Shown: positions 25,861 to 39,556 of the stretch, one piece after another
How positions within the stretch are numbered: position 1 is the first letter of the stretch
Layout: each line of letters opens with the position of its first letter
Assembly (NCBI GenBank): GCA_951406725.2
Contig: OX597816.1
Span: 49,104,001-49,168,000 of the forward strand
Reading direction: 5' to 3'
Source of the DNA: Octopus vulgaris
Taxonomy: Eukaryota
DNA: 64,000 nt
Made by a program: the position numbers and the translations under genes
The notes under the pieces: generated by a model
What the model saw: only the letters and a program-made list of their open reading frames with translations
Database searches by the model: none
Told to the model about the DNA's origin: nothing

Positions 25861-27404
25861 GGTACAAATGTATAAATTTCTGGGTACAAATATACAAATT
25901 GAAATGCAAAAGAAAGAAATAATAAATGGATTTATGAATGAATGTTTGGTAATTGCGTATATTTTCACGGCTCGATACTTATTATTGCAAACATGTTGGA
26001 ACTAAACTATACTATACACATGCACACAAATACATTCTTATATATATATATATATATATTGAGTTGTAGCTGTAATTTAAGGGGTTCAGCCTTGTCATAT
26101 TCTGTGTGAGGCTGAATCTCCCTGACACTACGTTAATGTTATGCATGCCTGTGGAGTACTCAGTCACTTTTGAGTTAATTTTATCCTCGTGTGGTAATGA
26201 AAAGTGAAACTGACTGCCAATATTTGCTGTGTCTATGTATCTATGAAATTTTCTTTAGATTTATGTATCTACTGTCTCTCTCGCTTTCTCTCTTTCTCTC
26301 TCACTTCCGTTGTCACACTTCTCTCCCGCTTTTGATTTAACGATGTGTATTTGTATCTATGTATGTACTTTTCTTGCGATGTGATAAACATTTAAAAACA
26401 CAAAACGAACACATCTTTCAAGATTCACATGCTCAGATTCCGAAAGGACAAAATACTCGCACCACGTTCTCCAACATCTATCATTCACTATATCAGCACC
26501 ACTGTCTCGAACATTTAGACAATTATCCTGAAGTTTAAGTCAATTAGCTCTTTTGACAGAAAATTGACTAATCGTTATTGAAAGTCCCAAGATTACCTGG
26601 CGCCATAAATGTAGAGTAGTTCATGCTGTTTTCGAAAGAATCATACCATTCTAGGGACAAAGGTATTTTGTTTTTAGAATAAAAAAGCAAGGATATTATA
26701 GCTTAGGTGAATGGGTTCATCTGGAGATTGAAATAGTAATGTGATATGGACATAAAAATAAAACTTAAGTTTGTCTCGAGCATACATGGTCAATTGGCCG
26801 TAGATTTGTCCAGTTTCTCAGGCATATAAGTGACTTAGGACGTGACTTGCCACTCTGGGCGTTACAAATTTCAGCTAAGCAGACTTCGACTTGTTCTATG
26901 AATCTCAGTTTTATAAATCAATATAATATTGATTTAAAGCCTCGTATTACATTGCACAGTCAATTCGATCTGCCATTTACATTACTGGATTTATTTAATC
27001 GAACTAACATGGATAAACGGTAAATTGAACTCTGAACGAAGAAAAAAGAGACAAGTACATACCAACATTCCCGTCAGTCCACCATCCTATAGATGAATAA
27101 ACTATCTAATAGTTATCATAGCTTTCGTTTACTTAATCTCTAAATATTTTAGTTTGCTTAACCGTATCAAATCGCTTTAGTTTACCAGATGACCAATAAC
27201 TCTTTGACCCTATTACACCAACTATTCAAATCTCAGATCTTTTCAAATAAATTTCAAACAACTACGATTACAACGTTGACGGCAACGACGGTGAAAACTA
27301 TCTTGTTTGCCTTAACAGTTATTACGTTAGAATTCCAACATACTAAAACCAGCATTCGCCTATACATCCAATCCTTATTACATGAAAGCGTTTTAGAAAC
27401 TTAC

Positions 27405-27416
27405 CGACCTTCCGAT
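27405..27416 (-). CDS. Candidate 12-nt microexon of an unidentified - strand gene
   Basis: Minus strand reads gtagtcttttgcatttacag|ATCGGAAGGTCG|gtaagt. It has consensus splice sites, a length divisible by 3, no stop in any frame, TGC in the pyrimidine tract and non-repetitive flanks. Confidence 0.55.
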
Positions 27417-27914
27417 CTGTAAATGCAAAAGACTACAAACGTGACCTTTTCCTCGCGTAAAACATCAAGCAGCCGCAGTATCTCGTTGTGTAACAACATC
27501 AGAAAATGTCTAGCTAACGGTAACGACAGTCGCCAATTTATACGAATAATGGAAAGAAGAAAGAAAAAAAGATCTTTTTGTTTATCTCGGTTAGCAACCG
27601 ATTTCTTTCATATGCTGCCAAACTCATTCTTTTGTTAATCAGAGTTAAATTCATACGATTTTAATTACAGTTAACACCTGGTTGTCGCACATCTATTAAT
27701 TCATAGCCGACAATAGCGATATTTTATTTACGACAATCAATCTTCACTGTATTCTTCAATTGTCTTTTGACAAAGCAGAATCTCGCAATAACGTTTTCAT
27801 CCCCCCCACCCCACCATCATCACTAGCATCGCCACCGGCGCCGCCGCTGCCATCACCATGGCCACTCAAGTAAATATCAACCAAGCAAACATCAACCATC
27901 AGCATCCCTACCAG

Positions 27915-27956
<42 letters not shown>

Positions 27957-28442
27957 CCACCCCACCAGCATCAACACCCCACCACCACCATCACCACCAC
28001 CACCAAGTTATTGTTGCTCTTCTTTTTTCTTTTTTCTCTATTTCATTGGACAATGATGTCGGTAATTAACATGAGATTAATTAATCAGACACTATGTAGT
28101 TTTCTTTGGAATCATCTGCCTTACTCATTCAAAAACTATTTGTGTCTCCATTATTCCTCTCTCGATTTTCTATAAATGAATGGTTAGGTCAGTATTACCA
28201 ATATTATGTTAAGAGGCAAGGAATTTCAGCTAATTAAAATTACCCGTGGGTTCAGCAGAAAGTTTAAGCTTAACGATCAAGCCTTGTCAGGAATCAAAAG
28301 TATTGGTTTCATTGTTGGTTAGACTTGACGACAAGGATCAATTAGATTTATGATCAAAAGACATGGCAGTCTTTTTCTTTTACATCACCCAGTCTACCCT
28401 AATTTTAAAGCTTGAGTAATATACACACACACACACACACAC

Positions 28443-28475
<33 letters not shown>

Positions 28476-28478
<3 letters not shown>

Positions 28479-28750
28479 GGTTGTATACTGTCAATCTAAC
28501 AAGAACGTGACAGTAGGGGTACACCACCGTTATATAGCCCTAGGAGGCATCGAACGCCTCCCGACAGCTTCGACACATTTTATCCTGTGTCCTTATATAC
28601 ACGTATGTGTATATACACGTATGTGTATATAAGGACACAGGATAAAATGTGTCGAAGCTGTCCGGAGGCGTTCGATGCCTCCTAGGGCTATATAACGGTG
28701 GTGTACCCCCTACTGTCACGTTCTTGTTAGATTGACAGTATACAACCATT
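28476..28750. repeat. Near-perfect 275-bp palindrome flanked by (TA)n
   Basis: aatggttgtatactgtcaatc..ccttatatacac pairs with gtgtatataagg..gattgacagtatacaaccatt; about 2 differences between arms. Confidence 0.97.
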
Positions 28751-28751
28751 A

Positions 28752-28784
<33 letters not shown>

Positions 28785-28787
<3 letters not shown>

Positions 28788-29176
28788 CGTAGGAGTGGCT
28801 GTTTGGTAAGGAGCTTGCTTACGAACCACATGGTTCCGGGTTCAGTGTCCCACCGCGTGGCACCTTGGGCAAGTTGTCTTCTACTATAGCGTCGGGCCGA
28901 GCAAAGCCTTGTGAGTGGATTTGGTAGACGGAAACTGAAAGAAGCCCGTTGTATATATGTATATATATATGTTTGTGTGTCTGTGTTTGTCCCCATCCCC
29001 CCAACATCGCTTGACAACCGATGCTGGTGTGTTTACGTCCCAGTAACTTAGCGGTTCGGCAAAAGCGACCGATAGAATAAGTACTAGGCTTACAAAGAAT
29101 AAGTTCTGGGGTCGATTTGCTCAACTAAAGGCGGTGCTCCAGCATGGCCACAATCAAATGACTGAAACAAGTATAA
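28785..29176 (+). mobile_element. tRNA-derived SINE family A, full length
   Basis: A/B-box head (tggctgtttgg..ggttcagtgtcc), internal TA/TG tract, tail gcggtgctccagcatggcc..tgactgaaacaag. Confidence 0.9.
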
Positions 29177-29195
29177 GATTAAACGATTAAAGATT

Positions 29196-29280
<85 letters not shown>

Positions 29281-30198
29281 TCAATAAGAATACCGGGTCT
29301 GTAAACCAAATTTTAAATTTAAATTTTTAAATTATTAGATTGTATTAAAATGCGTATATTGCTTTCAAAATTATTTCAATAATAAACAAAAACTAAAATT
29401 TAAAAGGAAAACTTACAAGAGGGAAGATGCATAATTAAAGTTTCATAAGAACAAGCGCGCTCAAAAATCAAATCTTCAATAGGCTTCATAGCAAAATCAT
29501 ATCTGTATATATATTTATGCATGCTTTAGCTATTTGCTTTCCGCATTATTTCTTTTATATGCATTTTTCACTTCGTTGTTCTTGCCTATTTTGAACCATT
29601 CATCGTCATTTGCTCATTGTTTCTACCTACGGTTTGAGAGAACTAGAGTGAGGGAGAGAAATACCAGTAAAAATAGAGGGAAGCAATGCAGTTGTATCAT
29701 AAATCATCACAATGTTTCTGTGAAAATAGTATACTGGGTATTAATACCCTGAAACTAGTCTGCAGATGCGTGATCAGCAAGGAGAAGCGACTGACCTCCC
29801 TTGTTCGAAGGTTATAATGGACACAGGTTTGTGTGTCACATAGCTAGCTAGAGGGGATGGCCTCTTGGAGCTAATCAACGACAGCATTCGTCCTATATTT
29901 CCGGACTGCCATATTAGCTTGGCGACAACTATTAATATCCTGTACCGCTGCCGTAGTTTCCTCTAGAGAGACTTAGAAATAATGATATTTCTATAGTATA
30001 CTGGGTGTTTAATATATTTGCTACACCTGCTTTGGTACTAAATCGTCTAAGAGTCTCCTCAAAAGGCAGGGTAGATTTCTTCACAGCTGTATGGGGTGAA
30101 TGCCTTCTATAAAATCACAACAAATCTGCAACAACCTAGAATTTCAATGCATGAGATCTTCTCATTAAATAATATAAATATTGTCAGTTTTACTTCAG

Positions 30199-30442
30199 GT
30201 TATTCTTAGTATTAAGTAGCTCCTTACTATGAATTCATTGAAAGTTAATGCTGAGGTGCAGCGTTAAACTTAAACCATTAGTGCATGATGTGATCAAAAT
30301 TGAATGCATTATAAATACAAGAGCTGGAATAGCTTGCCTTCTTTTCTCCCACAACTATTAACAGTTATTCAAGGCGTCATACAAAATTGATAATCTAAAT
30401 TTAATGTGCTATAAAAATTAATATTGTAGCAATTGCTGGCGT
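30199..30442 (+). pseudogene. Decayed exon of the gene relic
   Basis: ttttacttcag|..|gtaagg. Phase-2 start matches the exon ending at 22791. Reads ELFLVLSSSLL*IH*KLML..IECIINTRAGIACLLF..; one indel in an A-run restores the phase-2 end (IAGV). Confidence 0.5.
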
Positions 30443-30621
30443 GTAAGGGAAACAGACTTTGGCTATTTTAATTGATAAATGAATGAATATAATGATATTG
30501 GTGGGCAAACTGAGAATCTTTCCTAATTGTAGTTATTTCTATTCTCATGCGCGCTCTTACTGATTGTACGTAAAATTCAGAGGCAGAATTGGCTCCAATA
30601 TGCTGGTCTCTGATTTCAGTA

Positions 30622-31060
30622 AGCTGTCAGAATCGTTAGCACGCCGGGAAAAATGCTTAGCGGTGTCTCGTCAGCCTTTAATTTCTTAGTTCAAATTTCG
30701 CCGAGGTCGACTTTGCCTTTCATCCTTTCAGGGTCGGTAAATTAAGTACTAGTTGCGTACTGGAGTCGATCTAATAGACTGGCCCCTCTTTCCCCAAATT
30801 TCGGGCCTTGTGCCTAGAGTAGAAAAGAATATGTTGATCTCTGAATGCAGCGAGCTGGCAGAATCGTTAGTATGCCGGGCAAAATGCTTAGCGGCGTCTT
30901 GTCCGCCATTAAGTTCTTAGTTCATATTTCCCCGAGGTCGACTTTGCCTTTCATCATTTCGGGGTCGATAAAAATAAATACCAGTTAAGCACGGGTCGAT
31001 GTAATTGACTTATCTATTTCCACGAACTTGCTGGCCTTGTGCCAAATTTTGAAACCAATA
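30622..31060 (+). mobile_element. Tandem pair of SINE family B
   Basis: Copies at 30622-30830 and 30847-31060. Confidence 0.9.
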
Positions 31061-31361
31061 TCCTGACCTCTTAAAATACGGCCATGCACAGGAGAAGCGT
31101 TAAAGTATCGGAAAAAATTACTTGCGTTGTATCTTTCCGCTGTTTACACTTTGAATCCCAATCTTGCAGAAGGGAAGTTTGCTTCTCATTGTTTCAAGAT
31201 CGCTAGAATAAAGTACCAGTATTGAAGAACTCGTTTGAATGTCTCTCTCCAAATTGCTGGATTTGTGGTTAATTATTAATAATTTGGTTGATCTTTTCAA
31301 TACAAACGAAGTGTTTGATAGTTTTCAAAATCTCACATAAACATATACATATACCCGACTG

Positions 31362-31392
<31 letters not shown>

Positions 31393-31483
31393 TAATATTA
31401 GGGTAATAAAGAAATTTTTACTACCAGTGGCCTAGCGTATAGAAAAATTAATCAATAGACTATATATTATACATAAAAAATGC

Positions 31484-31802
31484 AGTGTGCATTTAAACAC
31501 ATTAAGAGGTATCCATCATAGGACTCCCTTACGCTAGAAGGAACATCTAAAGTCCAAACGACTAATTAGAGATAAAATCTCGAAAGGAAAGAAAAATAAA
31601 AACATTTACCATCTATTTCCTGGACCATGGTTTCAGAATTTTTTTTTAGCAAATAACATGTTCCAGGAAATAGATGGTAAATGTTTTTATTTTTCTTACT
31701 TTTCGAGATGGTATCCCTAATTAGTGATTTGGACTTTAGCTGTTCCTTCTAGCGTAAGGGAGTCCTATGATGGATACCTCTTAATGTGTTTAAATGTACA
31801 CT
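31484..31802. repeat. Fold-back inverted repeat (~145-bp arms) in a TA-flanked element, related to 23043-23400
   Basis: agtgtgcatttaaacac..cctggaccatg pairs with catgttccagg..gtgtttaaatgtacact. Shares ccagtggcctaRcgt, tttaaacac and acgctagaaRgaaca with the 23k element. Confidence 0.95.
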
Positions 31803-31806
31803 ATAT

Positions 31807-31868
<62 letters not shown>

Positions 31869-32114
31869 CACACCTCCACAAACGTTTATATGCTGAATTC
31901 TAAAGTGGATGTATGACTAATAATTTTCTGTTAGAGAAGGAGTCGACTTAATCTAGCCTGGTACTTGATAAGTACACCTCTTATCAAATTCCAGGAGGAT
32001 AAAATGCGAAATGATCTTCATCTGAATTTGAACCCAGAATACAAACTACTGAAAGCAAATATTGCATGAACATAAATTCCATTAACTTATCTCAACCCAC
32101 ATATTTATCACTAG

Positions 32115-32666
32115 CCAACCGTCATCGTTGTTTTTTAGTCACACTCAATGTACACATTGTAGAAATAGAATTACACTTTATAATCTTAAGGTAAATTTTA
32201 AACACAAACATGAGACCATTTTTGGAACCTTGTGTCATGCAATTAATTATTTAAAGAAAAGAGCCTACAACATTTCATTTTCACTAAATTCAAATTCCAA
32301 CCACCCTACCGTGCTTTTCATCAATCCAGATATGTTTTTGTGCTTTCAAAATTTAATGCGGGCAGTTCTTTTTGTTGTAATTTTACCTCTTATAGAATCG
32401 GCAACTGCATAGTTAAAATAAACATGTAATAAAAGATTTATTTTTCGTTCCCTTCATCAGTTTCGTAAAATATATCTCTCGTATACTTGCAAAACAAGAG
32501 CATATATTTAATTTGTACTAAAGATACACTACTCTTTTAAGATGAGGAATTTCACTCTGATACTTTTCAGAAATTTTTTTGTCGTACATACTGAAAGTTT
32601 TGAAATATTTGAAAACAATATGTATACAAACATCATAAATACACACATACATGCTTGATACACACA

Positions 32667-32719
<53 letters not shown>

Positions 32720-32950
32720 ATACACACACATACACAACACAATACACCTGCACGCTGAAACACACGCACGTAAATGTATATAGGATTTGTTTGTTTTTTT
32801 TGACAAGAACGCGAAGAGGAAGAATCCGTCACGAAGCGTTGGAAAATTAATGAAGAATTACATCCGTGAACATGGAGTCCTTTTCAACTGTATTGTACAA
32901 AGCTCAAGCAACAGTAAGATGCATGCTGTTCTCTCCTATTGGGTTGTTGG
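32115..32950 (+). pseudogene. Two open exons of the gene relic (32115-32190, 32808-32950)
   Basis: cactag|QPSSLFFSHTQCTHCRNRITLYNLK|gtaaat (phase 2->0). ttttgacaag|NAKRKNPSRSVGKLMKNYIREHGVLFNCIVQ..YWVVG|gtaagt (phase 0->2). Confidence 0.6.
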
Positions 32951-33115
32951 GTAAGTTTACTAAATAATTTGCCGATTCAGAGAGCACTCATTGTAGCGGT
33001 TGCAAGCTTCTGTTGTGTCAGTATCGCGTTATCTTTTCTGCTCCAGTTTGAAACTGATTCACTCCAAATACACTCACAACCGTATACTCCCTGTTTGTCT
33101 TTCTTCCTGTCTATC

Positions 33116-33159
<44 letters not shown>

Positions 33160-33161
<2 letters not shown>

Positions 33162-33549
33162 GGAGTGGGTGTGTGGTAAGTAGCTTGCTAACCAACCACG
33201 TGGTTCCAGGTTCAGTCCCACTGCGTGGCATCTTGGGCAAGTGTCTTCTACTATAGCCCCGGGCCGACCAATGCCTTGTGAGTGGATTTGGTAGATGGAA
33301 ACTGAAAGAAGCCTGTCGTATATATATATGTGTGTGTGTTTGTGTGTCTGTGTTTGTCCCCCTAGCATTGCTTGACAACCGATGCTGATGTGTTTATGTC
33401 CCCGTCACTTAGCGGTTCGGCAAAAGAGACCTATAGAATAAGTACTGGGCTTACAAAGAATAAGTCCCGGGGTCGATTGCTCGACTAAAGGCGGTGCTCC
33501 AGCATGGCCGCAGTCAAATGACTGAAACAAGTTTAAAGAGAAAAGAGTA
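33160..33549 (+). mobile_element. SINE family A, near full length
   Basis: Colinear with 28785-29176. Confidence 0.9.
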
Positions 33550-33669
33550 AATATATATATATATATATACATATATATATGTATGTATGTATCTATGTAT
33601 ATATGTATGTATATATGCGTGTGTGTGTACCAATGTGTGTTTGTGCATGTATTATTACATGTATAAATA

Positions 33670-34327
33670 TACGAGGTCTGATCAATAAGTATCCTGACTG
33701 TTGCCATAGTAAAGAAGCTAAAGTATTCAGAGTGAAGCCGCTCGGCACAGATTGACCTTGAACCCTGTTGTGCATGTGCAATAAGCTTCAATGTTCCAGC
33801 TCACTTTCGCTGTTTACAGCGATGCTTGGAACGAACGTGTGTAGCGTGTGATCACGATATTGACTATGACAGAGGAAGTTGGCATGGCGATTACTACTTA
33901 TTGGCCTACACGAAGTTGCGGAAAGCGTATGGAGAGGAGTGTATGAACCGCACGCAAGTGTACGAGTGGTTCAGACGTTTCCAAGATGGCCGTAAAAATG
34001 TCGATATTAACGAACGTTCTGAGAGACCCGCAACCAACAAAACTGAGAAAGACATCGCAGATGTGGGAGCAGCTGTCAGGGGAATTCGTCGAATTACCAT
34101 CCGTGAGTTATTGGAGAATGTGCAGATTAGTTACGGTTCAGTTCAGTCCGTTGTCGCTGAAGATTTGTGTATAAGACACATGTCCGCCAAGTTTGTGCTC
34201 AAACTGCTTTCAGCTGACCAAAAGACACTCGCGTTTCAATCGCATATGATCTTGATTGTGTCGAGAAAGATGTAAACATTTTGAAAACTTTGCGTTAGAT
34301 AAAGGAGAAAACTGATGAAACGGATGA
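33670..34327 (+). mobile_element. 5' part of a mariner transposon, truncated at a SINE
   Basis: TA-cgaggtctgatcaataagtatcc TIR-like start. KAYGEECMNRTQVYEWFRRFQDGR..RRITIREL..SAKFVLKLL is a mariner HTH region. Confidence 0.85.
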
Positions 34328-34653
34328 CACTTTGGCAAGTGTCTTCTACTATAGCTTTGGGCCGACCAAAGCCTTGTGAATGGATTTGGTAGACGGAAAC
34401 TGAAAGAAGCCCGTCGTATATATGTATATATATATATATATGTGTGCGTGTTTGTGTTTCTATGTTTGTCCCACCGCCCAACATCGCTTGACAACCGATA
34501 CTGGTGTGTTTACGTCTCCGTAACTTAGTGGTTCGGCACAAGCGACCGATAGAATAAGTACTAGGCTTACAAAGAATAAGTCCTGGGGTCAATTTTCTCG
34601 ACTAAAGGCGGTGCTCCAGCGTGGCCGCAGTCAAATGACTGAAACAAGTAAAA

Positions 34654-34655
<2 letters not shown>
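34328..34655 (+). mobile_element. SINE family A, 5'-truncated
   Basis: Colinear with 28785-29176 from ggcaagtgtcttctactatagc onward. Confidence 0.9.
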
Positions 34656-34688
<33 letters not shown>

Positions 34689-34981
34689 AAAGAAATGGTA
34701 TATAGTGCTCAGGTGCACTACAACTAAGAAAAAAAAAAGCCATGATCAACTTTTCAATGAAACTTTCTGAAGAGCTTGGGTGCTTCTTGCTCAGTAACGT
34801 TTGTAAGTCTCCAATAAATGATGTTGGATTTTTCCGGATAGGAACACGTCTAAACAACTGTAACAAACAATGGAAATTTATTCTGTGAGAAAGCTACATC
34901 AGGTAAAGAAAAAAAACTGACGAAACGGAGTTGGTTCACATCTGCTCTATGATACCCGACATTAGTTTTCAACGTGTAATA

Positions 34982-35341
34982 TCTTTATATATAAAAGTCA
35001 AGTTGTGTGTCTGTCTCCTACGATTTAGATTCCTAACTACTCCTAAATTTTGCGGTGCAGTTTAACCAAAACCGGGTATCTTGTAGTCTACGATGAGTCT
35101 ACGATTAAAAAAAAAATTACCATCATTTTTTTCCATTTTAATGCATTTTTTCGCTATTATATAAGGGAAGTAACTCTCTAAAAATGTCCACGATGAGTCA
35201 ACGATTTAAAAAAAAATTTACCATAATTTTTTTTTCCATTTTTAATGCATTTTCTTGCTATTTTTTTGGCTATAACTCTCTAAAAATGCTTATATAGTTA
35301 TTTCCCTTACAAACCCGAGCAACGCCGGGCGATACTGCTAT
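34982..35341 (+). mobile_element. Non-autonomous Helitron with internal ~100-bp tandem duplication
   Basis: A|TCtttatatataaaag 5' end, hairpin cccgagcaacgccggg, then ctgcta(t). Duplicated acgatgagtc..ttaccat..atgcatttt at ~35087 and ~35187. Confidence 0.7.
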
Positions 35342-35482
35342 TTTAACATAAACACACAATTCAAAGTTAGAAGACTATAGTCAATTGAATCGAATGATGC
35401 ATATAAGTTTTTATCACTTTGTGTTTCAGCATGCTTGAAGGAATGTGTATTACATTTTGCTATCAGAGAAATTCATCGTATT

Positions 35483-38087
<2,605 letters not shown>

Positions 38088-39456
38088 ATTATTTTAAGCA
38101 GCAGAAAATTCAACAAAATCTGTTACTCTGAGTTTCTCGTTGCCGTTCATCAGACAGTTTTTGCTAGAATTGAACATATATATTAATTCAATCTATACTC
38201 TTACAAACGCTACACCTTTAAAAAGAAATGGACTTGTTTGATTGGCCCTTTAGAAAAAACGGTCAATCTTCGAGCGATAAACAAAAAGGTCAAAAATATA
38301 TGTATATATATATAAAAAACTTATAAAAATTATAAAATCCGAGGAAAAAAACCGAGGAAAAAACCTATTGCCGTTAATGAAGACAGTACAAATTAATGCA
38401 TAGAAATTAAACCTGTTATAAATACTGCAATACATATTTATATTAAAATCCACATATATATATCAACATACACAAAAGGATGCGCGTAAACGCCATACAT
38501 ACATATACAGACGTATGAATATGAATCTAAATTATACACATAAAAGCATGTGTACATATATTCACGCAAACCGTCTCGCACGCAAGCTAAAATTCATCTA
38601 TGTAGCAATTCTCATATACTGAGCAAGGAGGGGGAACGAAAGAAAGGGAAAGAGAGAAAAAGGAACGAAGGAGGGGTGGGGAAAACTTGTAGCGATATTA
38701 TTGGCATCTATAGAGGCCAGTATACATACACAAGTTTGAATTGATACATATACATACCGTCGTGTGTATGCGTGCTTAAGCACAAGCATACTTTCACTTA
38801 CACATACACAGATACGCATGCTTACAAATACATATGCTTTGCTATACACAAACTTATATAAACATTCTAAATTTGACAACATTGCTTTTTTTAAAAAAAA
38901 CATTGCTTTTAAAAAATGGGTGCATTAATAAAAATATATACGAAAGACATATAAAATAAAATATAACATCCTATTTTGGGTCATTTATAAATAATCAAGG
39001 TAATCTTATGCAATACAATAACATGAAAACAAAGTTTGTAGGTTTTTCCTAATATATATGTAGAAACAATAAGACTTTGCTATAGGTCCGTCGTAGCGCT
39101 CAAGAGTCAAAATCAAAATCAAAAAATCAAAATACAAAATATATACTCTATCCATATGGTATATTTATATTCGACATTTTAAATTTAGCCGTGTGCCTAC
39201 ATAAGTTCATTAATTCACTTCTTTGATTCAAAGAATTATTGTCTTTGAATAATATGTGCATTTTTTCTAATAAGCAAAGCCTGCACTTGAAATTATATTT
39301 GTAAGCTCCATGCCTGTATGGTGCCGCCCTGTCCAGAATGCTCCATGTCACGTTGAAAGGTGGGGCTTCCTTTTCTTTTAGTTCCCAGACATATTTTGCT
39401 AGGCTGGTTTTCTTTCTATTCTCTGGGTATTTAAAAGAATTATTATGAGAATAAAA
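38088..39456 (-). mobile_element. 3' end of a Penelope-like element: GIY-YIG endonuclease C-terminus, ~1 kb 3' region, terminal hammerhead
   Basis: 39148-39456 encodes HNNSF..TSLAKYVWELK..WSIL..CRLCLLEK..LNQRSELMNLCRH, typical of PLE endonuclease C-termini (Naiad-like by motif recall). Hammerhead at 38120-38157; the element abuts the 2.6-kb TA array. Confidence 0.8.
38120..38157 (-). ncRNA. Minimal type I hammerhead ribozyme
   Basis: cugu CUGAUGA acg-gcaa-cga GAAA cuc-a-gag UA acag. Complete core, helix I cugu/acag, GUA cleavage site; A.A mismatch at the base of helix II. Confidence 0.8.
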
Positions 39457-39556
39457 NNNNNNNNNNNNNNNNNNNNNNNNNNNNNNNNNNNNNNNNNNNN
39501 NNNNNNNNNNNNNNNNNNNNNNNNNNNNNNNNNNNNNNNNNNNNNNNNNNNNNNNN
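39457..39556. other. Assembly gap (100 N)
   Basis: Run of exactly 100 n joining two unrelated retroelements. Confidence 0.99.

Noticed and set aside
27858-28175. Poly-His/Thr ORF resembling a transcription factor segment
   Set aside because: It is a CAT/CAC trinucleotide repeat with no domain or splice support.
32430-32466. CUGAUGA..GAAA on the - strand (similar partial motifs near 34767 and 60778)
   Set aside because: Helices II and III do not pair, so this is a chance match or too decayed to call a hammerhead.
39073-39108. Hairpin just 3' of the PLE stop codon as a possible SECIS element
   Set aside because: No AUGA/GA quartet or apical AA in the right geometry, and no in-frame TGA in the visible ORF part.
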